Positions 56,925 through 64,000 of a stretch of DNA of 64,000 nt are shown here, one piece after another. Below the pieces are notes generated by a model. The model was not told where the DNA came from, made no database searches, and saw only the letters and a program-made list of their open reading frames with translations. The stretch covers positions 1-64,000 of IMG/VR virus record IMGVR_UViG_3300031414_000019; one strand, 5' to 3'. Both the position numbers and the translations under genes were made by a program. Positions within the stretch are counted from its first letter, which is position 1. Every line of letters begins with the position of its first letter. The DNA is from an uncultured virus (IMG/VR IMGVR_UViG_3300031414_000019) (lineage: Duplodnaviria; Heunggongvirae; Uroviricota; Caudoviricetes).

Positions 56925-58469
56925 ATGCCTGCTGTAGTTAAAACAATCGCTGAGACCACACAGGCAATCACCAGGCCAGTGGTTATCGGGGCGATAGATA
57001 TCCTGAAGCAATATACCGGTATCAAGAGCAACGTGGAGGTTCAGGTCTTTACCAACTCCAATGCCGCTGCTCTACCGGGAACGCAGATTAACACCGGTTC
57101 AGGTGATGACCGTCGGTTTGATGCCCATGAGAAAATCAAAGCAGATTACACCGAAGAGTACGACGATACCGATGCGTTAACCGCCACAACCAACTGGCGT
57201 GATAACGTTCCTATCTTCCTGGACGAACCCCTGCAAATCTTTCTTCGTCCCATCTACGTAAAAGCTAAGGTCGATTTACGTATTGAGTATCGCTTTAGTA
57301 ATGAAGCCGCTGCTCAGCGATGGTTGGCAGATATCCGTACGTATGTCAGTATGGAACGCGCTGAGCTACCGATGGAGCTACAGTACAGTTACCAGATCCC
57401 TCCCGCACAGCTAGTCATCCTTGCGCATCTCCACGAGTTGCGTGAGAACGTCGCTGGGTATGGTCAGACGTTTACTGAGTACCTTCGTGAAAAGTTTGAC
57501 GATCGTGTTACGGTTGAGAAAACCAATGGCGAGAAAGGGCATCAGTTTAGCGTGCAGGAACGACAGGGTGGAATTGTTGGCTGGTTCGACTTTACCATGC
57601 CTCCACAACCTGAACGCAACGACTCCAATGGGACATGGATAGCGCAGTTCGGCTTCACCTTCGTTTACGACAAGCCTATCTCGATGATGTTTAACTATCC
57701 GGTTATGATACACAACCAGATTGTTGACGCGCGTTATCGTAAAGACCCAACGCCATATACACTTACCGAGAAACGACTGATGAATATTTCTCGTCGTGCG
57801 TACGAGAAACTTCCATTTACTCGACCTCGTGAATGGCAACATCCGATTGGTGGTATTGTTGTTCCGAGCTATGACGACTGGGCACCAGGGGATTTCGATC
57901 GTTCGACAACAAGTGTCTTTACCACCATTGTCATGGTCGATAGTGACGACCCGTATCAGATTGCAAACCTTCAGGACTTAGGTCGCTGGGAGATCAACCC
58001 GGTATTGCTTGAGTGGATCAAAGAGAACAAGAAGAGCATGTTTAAAACAAGCATGTCTCCATTCGTTATCGAGTTTTACTCAGAGAACTCCCGTTGGACA
58101 CCAGAAGCATTGTACCTGGACGAATCCCTTAACCTGCGCTCTGTAACGCCTCTCAGTGAACGTCAACGTCACCACCTGAGATTTGCTATGGTCTCTGATC
58201 TATCTGCCCTCTCAGAGCCGTACGCTCGCAAATTGCGTGAGACTGGTAAGGTTTGCCTGGAAGTATTAAAGATTGTCGATCCAAGTCTCGAAGCCAGGGG
58301 ATACCTTCCTCGCCTTCGTGGTGGGAAGATGGTTGCTCCGTTGGATTGGTCTAAGGCGTTGAGTGCAATTGGCACTACTGACCCGACCTGGAAGACCCGA
58401 CCTGAGTATCGCCGTATGACAGTCGGACAGTTTATCTTCTACACTGGAGATCCAAATGCCAACATTTGA
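56925..58469 (+). CDS. Virion structural protein, neck/tail junction (phiKZ gp98-like)
   Basis: 514 aa, RPVV N-terminus, Y.KP...YPVMIHNQ motif; synteny. Confidence 0.65.
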   Translation: MPAVVKTIAETTQAITRPVVIGAIDILKQYTGIKSNVEVQVFTNSNAAALPGTQINTGSGDDRRFDAHEKIKADYTEEYDDTDALTATTNWRDNVPIFLDEPLQIFLRPIYVKAKVDLRIEYRFSNEAAAQRWLADIRTYVSMERAELPMELQYSYQIPPAQLVILAHLHELRENVAGYGQTFTEYLREKFDDRVTVEKTNGEKGHQFSVQERQGGIVGWFDFTMPPQPERNDSNGTWIAQFGFTFVYDKPISMMFNYPVMIHNQIVDARYRKDPTPYTLTEKRLMNISRRAYEKLPFTRPREWQHPIGGIVVPSYDDWAPGDFDRSTTSVFTTIVMVDSDDPYQIANLQDLGRWEINPVLLEWIKENKKSMFKTSMSPFVIEFYSENSRWTPEALYLDESLNLRSVTPLSERQRHHLRFAMVSDLSALSEPYARKLRETGKVCLEVLKIVDPSLEARGYLPRLRGGKMVAPLDWSKALSAIGTTDPTWKTRPEYRRMTVGQFIFYTGDPNANI

Positions 58470-59850
58470 TGAAGACTACAGCGGGAAGCCAAAACCCGTT
58501 GTACCTAAACCTCAGACGAAACCCAACCCTAAGCCGCTCAGTAAGCCGTATCAGGATATTAAGGTCGACTCTCGCCTGTTTCCGAAGTCAGCCATCATTG
58601 CGCACATTGAAGGTTCGCAGTGGTACCCTGAACGATACTACAGCCAGATCTTAGCCGGTGGAAACAACCCGGTTCCGTTTAGCATCGACCTACCTGCGGT
58701 ATCTCAACAGTATAACCGTATTGACCGGTTGGAGTTCCGCGTGCAGGAGCCGCTGTCTAACAGCTTCCGCAACGGCGAGAATGAATTCGAGGTTCGTGGT
58801 TCATCTGTAATCTACGCCGGGATAGTTCCGAACGTACACGATCTGTTCCTTGTTGATATCGGCGATGGGAAAATGGGTCGCTTCGAGATCACTGAGGTCA
58901 CGCCTAAGTCTTACTTACAGGCCGCTGTCTATGAGGTCTCCTATAAACTCATCGACTATTTAACGCCGGCCGTCTCTGCCAACTTAGAGACCAAGACCAA
59001 CGAAGTAAGTCGCTACGTCCGTGATCAGTATCTGGCCGGCCGCCGTGGCGTGTTGTTGGAACAGGAGTATACGCAGTACGAAGAGATGAAACGTCTCCTC
59101 GCTACGCTGCCGGGTGAGTACTATCGTGAGTTCTACTCTCGTGAGTTTCACACCCTTCTGATCCCGTCGCAGTCTGAAGCCATCTACGATTCTTTTGTTG
59201 TAGCGTTCCTGAAAAGAATCCTGGATGTTTCTGACCACAGCTGGCTTGCTAATATCCATGAGTTGAATGTTGACTTGGGTTTCAACGATAACATCACCAC
59301 GCTGTTTGATGCTGCATTAAACAGTGATGAGACTATCCTCGATCGTTGTTACTCGAACATCCAACCTGTCGACTCTAGCTATTTCCGCACCCAGGCCCTC
59401 TATGCAAACATTGCGTTTAGCGGCATTGAAACCACGATGTATCCCGTTGGGATCAAAGTGAACCAGGGTGCGTGGGAAAGTACGGTGGCGTCCAAGTTCA
59501 AACTGAACCTGGGTCCTAACGTGCAGCTGAACCGCAAGGTCTCCATGGATGAAGCATTTAGCCGAACCAAGATGGACGAAGTTCCTGGTACACTGGGCGG
59601 ATCTACTGAGTGGATTTCTGATGAGATTATCAAAGAGAGTTACATTTTCTCTAAGGCATTCTATCAGAACCTGGACAGTCAGTCTGCGCTGGAACAGATG
59701 TTCCGTTCTGCGGTGCGTGGTAAGTTCTGTGATTCAGCGATGATCATTAAAGCATGCAACGATCGTGTATTGTGGACATCCACAACGCGTTTCTATTACA
59801 TGCCTATTCTGTTCTATATCCTGCGGGTTGCATTAATCAACGTGAGTTAA
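58456..59850 (+). CDS. Virion structural protein, neck (phiKZ gp99-like)
   Basis: IEGSQW..YYSQ, QQY.RI, PNVHDLF..DIGDG and FYYMP motifs; synteny. Confidence 0.65.
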   Translation: MPTFDEDYSGKPKPVVPKPQTKPNPKPLSKPYQDIKVDSRLFPKSAIIAHIEGSQWYPERYYSQILAGGNNPVPFSIDLPAVSQQYNRIDRLEFRVQEPLSNSFRNGENEFEVRGSSVIYAGIVPNVHDLFLVDIGDGKMGRFEITEVTPKSYLQAAVYEVSYKLIDYLTPAVSANLETKTNEVSRYVRDQYLAGRRGVLLEQEYTQYEEMKRLLATLPGEYYREFYSREFHTLLIPSQSEAIYDSFVVAFLKRILDVSDHSWLANIHELNVDLGFNDNITTLFDAALNSDETILDRCYSNIQPVDSSYFRTQALYANIAFSGIETTMYPVGIKVNQGAWESTVASKFKLNLGPNVQLNRKVSMDEAFSRTKMDEVPGTLGGSTEWISDEIIKESYIFSKAFYQNLDSQSALEQMFRSAVRGKFCDSAMIIKACNDRVLWTSTTRFYYMPILFYILRVALINVS

Positions 59851-59854
59851 GTCT

Positions 59855-60448
59855 ATGAATGTCGATAGAGAGTCAACAGGCTATAAACTGTTTAAGCAGA
59901 TCTTTCATTGCAGGGTAAAGGCCAAGCACTTAATCGACGTTAAGGAAGCGGCTGAATTTGGCTTACCTAGCACTGGGGATGACCAGTATGACGCTGAGTT
60001 GGGTGAGGTGTGGAATGATATTTATATTCCCACCTCCGATATCGCAGAGTTGATCAACGATGGCGCTGATGTCATCATCGTGTCGCTAGAGGACGCGGCC
60101 AAGATCTACGAACTGATACAGGCACATCTCGAATGGTGGGAAGACCAGTTCCGTTCTAGCTTCTATTTCAAACCAGATCGGTTGAAGCGGGTTAAACGCG
60201 ATATCGAACTGTTGAGTCGTGTTGCAGGCGGGTTATTCCCAATGGTTGAAACGTACGTGCGCAAAGAGGACAAACACCTCACCGCTCGTGACGATTCTAT
60301 CATGCCGTTCATTCCAGAAGGGGATACCTACACCCTCGACCAGACAGACCTGGGTCGTTACGATCCAAGTATTGTTAAGGAACACCGAAGCCTCGACGAC
60401 ATCATCGATACTAAGGTGTTGGATCGCGTAAGAATCTGGGAGCGTTAA
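59855..60448 (+). CDS. Conserved protein (phiKZ gp100-like)
   Basis: 197 aa with DAAKIYELIQAHL motif; synteny. Confidence 0.6.
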   Translation: MNVDRESTGYKLFKQIFHCRVKAKHLIDVKEAAEFGLPSTGDDQYDAELGEVWNDIYIPTSDIAELINDGADVIIVSLEDAAKIYELIQAHLEWWEDQFRSSFYFKPDRLKRVKRDIELLSRVAGGLFPMVETYVRKEDKHLTARDDSIMPFIPEGDTYTLDQTDLGRYDPSIVKEHRSLDDIIDTKVLDRVRIWER

Positions 60449-60449
60449 C

Positions 60450-61820
60450 ATGCGAATAGAAGGTACCGCACTTTACGCTGACATTGCGATGATCATGGAA
60501 GATAAATCGCAACCTACCCACTTTCGGTTCGACATCTTTGTACGTGGCGGTGGCCAACAAGTCATCGCCATGAAAATGGTGTCGTTGGATGAGCAGCGCG
60601 ATTATCGGTCAAGCTACGGTGACAACACAACGTTAATAGCGTTATTTGTAGAGAGCGATTACGATGCAGTTATCCTCCCTAACGCTAAAGACCTGGAAGT
60701 GATGATCACCAAAACTCGAGTGGGGCGTCCTACCTCTCGCAATGCTGACCAATCGTTCAATGCCGTAACGTATCGCTATAAAGCGACGTTGGTAGACGTC
60801 ACGGTGCCTGAGGTCGGTGAAGCTAACTTGAATAGCTACGATAAAAGTAATGCCATGCGTAGCGTTACATTCCAGTTAATCGACCGGGCGCTGTACCAAT
60901 TGCGACTGACAACAGTAGGTGGTATTTTCAGGGCAACCACAGCTGGTGATGTCTTGAACACCTTGTTAACCGCAAAATCTCAGAACCTTGAGATTGACGA
61001 GGCTGTAAAACCACTCGGTGTTGAGATGGTTATTCCGGATACCGCACTAAAGGCAGACGGAAAGCCAAACCTCAGAGAGCATGTCATTGTGAAGAGCGGG
61101 TTACCTCTCTTTGACTTGGCGGGTTACTTGCAAAAGCACTGCGGTGGTATTTACAACAACGGGATCGGTTGTTATTACACAAATCGCATCTGGTATACGT
61201 ACCCACTCTACGATAACTCCAGGTTCGATAAGTCACCAAGGACGCTGACTATTATTCGTGTTCCGGCCGACGCCATGCCCGATGTCGACCATAGCTACAC
61301 GATGTTAGGAAACCATCTCTTTGTGTTAGCGACAGATGAAGCTATCTCCGTTGACCAAACAGACCATCATCAGTTAAATAGTGGTAATGCTAAGGTATTC
61401 CCCACCGCCACTGGTATAATGGATAAATACGTGCCTGTAGACGATTCTGCCGGGTTTTCTTCTGAGAGTGATATCTTGGGCAGGATTTCTGTAGCGGATC
61501 GTCCTGATGGCTTAAACAGCGCACAGTTTGATGTTTCTCGTGTTACGGATAACACGGCACTGATGATATCCGAGCTAGCGAAGAATACACAACAGCTTAT
61601 GCAGTTTGGCTGGGGCTATTCCAACCCTGCTCTTCTTTACCCTGGGATGCCAACCAGAGTGCTATACAACAAAGGTGGCGTAATCGAAACTTTACAAGGT
61701 ACGCTCGTGGGGGGCGATAGCTTTACAGAGCTTGCAGCTCCGGGCATGACTACTGTCCACTATCAGACAAAAACCGCCCTGACCGTACTTGTTTCTAAAC
61801 CGCCGGAGAAACGCGCTTAG
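60450..61820 (+). CDS. Baseplate hub-like virion protein (phiKZ gp101-like)
   Basis: RDY...Y.D, YLQ...GGIY..GIG.YY, YPLYD and LLYPGMP motifs; synteny. Confidence 0.65.
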   Translation: MRIEGTALYADIAMIMEDKSQPTHFRFDIFVRGGGQQVIAMKMVSLDEQRDYRSSYGDNTTLIALFVESDYDAVILPNAKDLEVMITKTRVGRPTSRNADQSFNAVTYRYKATLVDVTVPEVGEANLNSYDKSNAMRSVTFQLIDRALYQLRLTTVGGIFRATTAGDVLNTLLTAKSQNLEIDEAVKPLGVEMVIPDTALKADGKPNLREHVIVKSGLPLFDLAGYLQKHCGGIYNNGIGCYYTNRIWYTYPLYDNSRFDKSPRTLTIIRVPADAMPDVDHSYTMLGNHLFVLATDEAISVDQTDHHQLNSGNAKVFPTATGIMDKYVPVDDSAGFSSESDILGRISVADRPDGLNSAQFDVSRVTDNTALMISELAKNTQQLMQFGWGYSNPALLYPGMPTRVLYNKGGVIETLQGTLVGGDSFTELAAPGMTTVHYQTKTALTVLVSKPPEKRA

Positions 61821-61828
61821 GAGGTCGT

Positions 61829-62098
61829 ATGCGACCAGACCAAGGCAGTTTCAATTTCCTCAAGCTCCTCGCTATGGCATTGCTGTTGGTTGGTCTGATT
61901 GCAGCAGTGTTTACGGTGTGGGCCTGGCGGGTAAGATCGGATTCTAACAGTGTATCCGTGACCACCAATAACGCCTACTGCTCTAACGGGAGTTGTTATC
62001 GTACAAACGGAATGTATATTGGACCAGATCCACTTTTACCATCCGCTGATGAGAAGGATGCGAAAGTACCGGAATACATACCACCAAAAAGTAAATAA
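61829..62098 (+). CDS. Small membrane-anchored protein
   Basis: GGAGG RBS, an N-terminal hydrophobic helix, and a CSNGSC pair. Confidence 0.7.
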   Translation: MRPDQGSFNFLKLLAMALLLVGLIAAVFTVWAWRVRSDSNSVSVTTNNAYCSNGSCYRTNGMYIGPDPLLPSADEKDAKVPEYIPPKSK

Positions 62099-62142
62099 CG
62101 GCATAACACCCAGGGACCCTTTCGGGGGTCCCTGGTTTATGT
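62099..62142 (+). terminator. Hairpin terminator
   Basis: CGGCATAACAC-CCAGGGACCCT-TTCG-GGGGTCCCTGG-TTTATG. Confidence 0.8.
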
Positions 62143-62155
62143 GCTTCAGTCGGTT

Positions 62156-62172
62156 TACAGATATATAATATC
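62156..62172 (+). promoter_or_regulatory. Putative early promoter
   Basis: TACAGATATATAATATC, a copy of the recurrent motif just after a terminator. Confidence 0.55.
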
Positions 62173-62405
62173 TAACTGAGCAGCAAGCGCTCAGTGTAAT
62201 TAATTACAAAGATGAGTTATCGTTTGAAGAAGAGTCTGGGGTTTATGCTGTTAGTACTGAAATGGATTATATCTCATCAAACAGTAGACGGAGTGTTTAC
62301 ACGACAGTATTTTGTTTTGTTGGGTAAATAGTTTTCAAATTATAGCTCGCTTCAATTCTTTTTTACAAAAGCCGCTTACTTTGTAGATAACAAAAGGAAT
62401 CAGAA

Positions 62406-63137
62406 ATGCGTAAATATCTTATTGTTGAAGATGGTTTCATCTCAAGCCCTAAAATCTTATCCGGTATCCTACAGATGTGGATTCACCACTACGGTGAGTT
62501 CTGCTTTGAACGCTTCGAAAGCGAAAAAGAAAATGCCTCGCCGGTGTATCAGGAGCGGTTAACGCCTGAAGGTATTGTCGAACGTATTAATGGTGGCGAT
62601 TGCGGTACCACCGCATTAGCGGTTCATCGTGTCTACTACACCCTGATGGAAGAACTCCTCGGTGAGAATGAACGTATCAGTCCGTTGCAGCTGATTGATA
62701 ACTACAATCACGCTTATCTGCAACTGGAGGGTATCAACTACGATACCCTGAACTTGGGTGGTGAGCCAGACCCAATGAAGATGTTAGACGCTGATGCGCC
62801 TAATGCCAGTGTTGAGGTCCTGACCACAGCAGAGATGTTCAAGCGCTATATCTGGAAAGACCAAATTGGTGCGGAGCTGATTCGTCGTTTCTGCCAGCGT
62901 TTCTATTCCGAGCCGTTAAAAGAAGCACTTGCTCTGTTGGACGAAATGCCTGTGCATCCGAGCAATGTTGACTGGTTCAACTGGGTAGATAACAAGATGG
63001 CCCAAGTTGACGCATTCCGTCCGCGTCCTGCCAAGCACATTAAAGACGAGTCCATTATCGACATGACCGAAACTGATGGTAAGACATTAGAACAGGTCAT
63101 TGATGAGATGGTGGAGAAGATGGAGAGCGCGTCATGA
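62406..63137 (+). CDS. Putative papain/transglutaminase-like Cys-His-Asp enzyme
   Basis: AAGGA RBS; INGGDCG...HAYL.....NYD pattern. Confidence 0.55.
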   Translation: MRKYLIVEDGFISSPKILSGILQMWIHHYGEFCFERFESEKENASPVYQERLTPEGIVERINGGDCGTTALAVHRVYYTLMEELLGENERISPLQLIDNYNHAYLQLEGINYDTLNLGGEPDPMKMLDADAPNASVEVLTTAEMFKRYIWKDQIGAELIRRFCQRFYSEPLKEALALLDEMPVHPSNVDWFNWVDNKMAQVDAFRPRPAKHIKDESIIDMTETDGKTLEQVIDEMVEKMESAS

Positions 63138-64000
63138 GTTATCGCCAGCAGTATTACCAGATTCCCAAGACACCTTTAGGTGAATCATTTCGTGAGTTGA
63201 TTAACAACGATGATTTAATCCACGATCGTCGTTGCATGCTCGCTAACCTGAAGAACGTTGCACACCAGTGGTTCCATGGTTTGAATATTCTTAATTTCAA
63301 TCCAGTCGACCCGAATGGTCGCGTTCGTTATATCGATGAGATGTGCTCTCGTCCGTGGGGAATGAAAGGTCCTGAGCGGATGTGGTGTGAGGGCGTTGCT
63401 ATTCCACTGCGTCCCCGTGAGAAACACATTCACGACGCTCTCGAGCTGTGCATTGCCGGTGGTAACGGTCAGTTGTGGTCTACTAAGCCTACTGCTGGGT
63501 TGCGTTACAAATCTGCTGCCGATGGTAGCTGGTCTAACATTCGCTGGTTTGGTACTAAGAAAGCACTTTGGCTACAGATGCGCCAGGACGCACAGTTCCG
63601 TGAAATCACAGAGATTGTGACGATGTCTGCCGTGATGGAACCTGGTATGTCGCGTGAACGTGGCGTTTTTACTGAAGACCCAGATCGGTTCAAACACGGT
63701 TTCCGCATTATGGGTATTGGATCTCCCCAATTACGACTGGAAGAGATGTACGGTGAGGCGGCGGTTAGTGCTGATCAGTTGTTGGAGCATAATCGTCTTC
63801 TGACTCCACAGGACCGGATTGATTTCACCAAGATGCAGTTAGCGATGGCAGACGGTTTCGCCAGAACCAGTCGTCCTGAAGCTTCTGCCCATATGGCCTC
63901 TGTCGGTATCGCTGCACTATGTAGTCGTTGCGTAGCTCGGTACGGATTACCCGGTGATCCAAAACGCGCTAACTTCTTATCTGCCGAACTCGACGATCCA
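63134..64000 (+). CDS. Hypothetical protein, truncated at window end (absent from the ORF track)
   Basis: ATGA overlap with the previous stop. The frame stays open for 289 codons to the window end (MSYRQQYYQIPKTPLGESF...). Confidence 0.8.
   Translation, partial: MSYRQQYYQIPKTPLGESFRELINNDDLIHDRRCMLANLKNVAHQWFHGLNILNFNPVDPNGRVRYIDEMCSRPWGMKGPERMWCEGVAIPLRPREKHIHDALELCIAGGNGQLWSTKPTAGLRYKSAADGSWSNIRWFGTKKALWLQMRQDAQFREITEIVTMSAVMEPGMSRERGVFTEDPDRFKHGFRIMGIGSPQLRLEEMYGEAAVSADQLLEHNRLLTPQDRIDFTKMQLAMADGFARTSRPEASAHMASVGIAALCSRCVARYGLPGDPKRANFLSAELDDP

Noticed and set aside
61829..62098. Holin or spanin assignment
   Set aside because: It has only one TM helix, no lipobox and no adjacent endolysin, so it is left as a generic membrane protein.
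62212..63144. Identical ATGAGTTATCG starts at 62212 and 63134
   Set aside because: The match is only 11 nt with no further similarity, so it is probably coincidental.
1..64000. tRNA, rRNA, introns, inteins, transposases, integrases
   Set aside because: By eye I found no cloverleaf, HNH/LAGLIDADG/GIY-YIG ORF, intein termini or recombinase motifs. Dedicated scans were not run.

Overview
This 64 kb window is the core genome of a nucleus-forming, phiKZ-like jumbo phage (Chimalliviridae). It runs in the conserved order of the phiKZ gp54-gp101 block. That order is: the C-terminus of chimallin; the non-virion RNAP subunits (beta'-N with NADFDGD, gp68-like, beta-C, beta'-C, all intron-free here); an SbcD/Mre11 nuclease; ChmC; PicA/Imp1; an SF2 helicase; a virion RNAP beta' fragment; the exonuclease half of a split family-B DNA polymerase; baseplate and inner-body proteins; eight tandem protease-processed head/ejection paralogs; and neck/hub genes. 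Small accessory islands are interspersed. phiKZ gp numbers come from synteny plus recalled motifs, not from searches. The main findings are: (1) a clean -1 frameshift signal (T_TTT_TTG plus a downstream hairpin) fusing the gp77-like gene to an otherwise poorly initiated ORF, like lambda G/GT; (2) a ChmC with a tandemly duplicated core domain, a prion-like linker and a bacterial SSB-like C-terminus (SFDESIPF); (3) a divergent Tad1-like nucleotide-sponge anti-defence gene; (4) a family of covarying intergenic hairpins flanked by GCATAA/TTATGC that overlap Ala-stop gene ends; (5) paralog clusters in an accessory island, two members carrying a terminase-N-like motif; (6) a recurrent AT-rich early-promoter motif.
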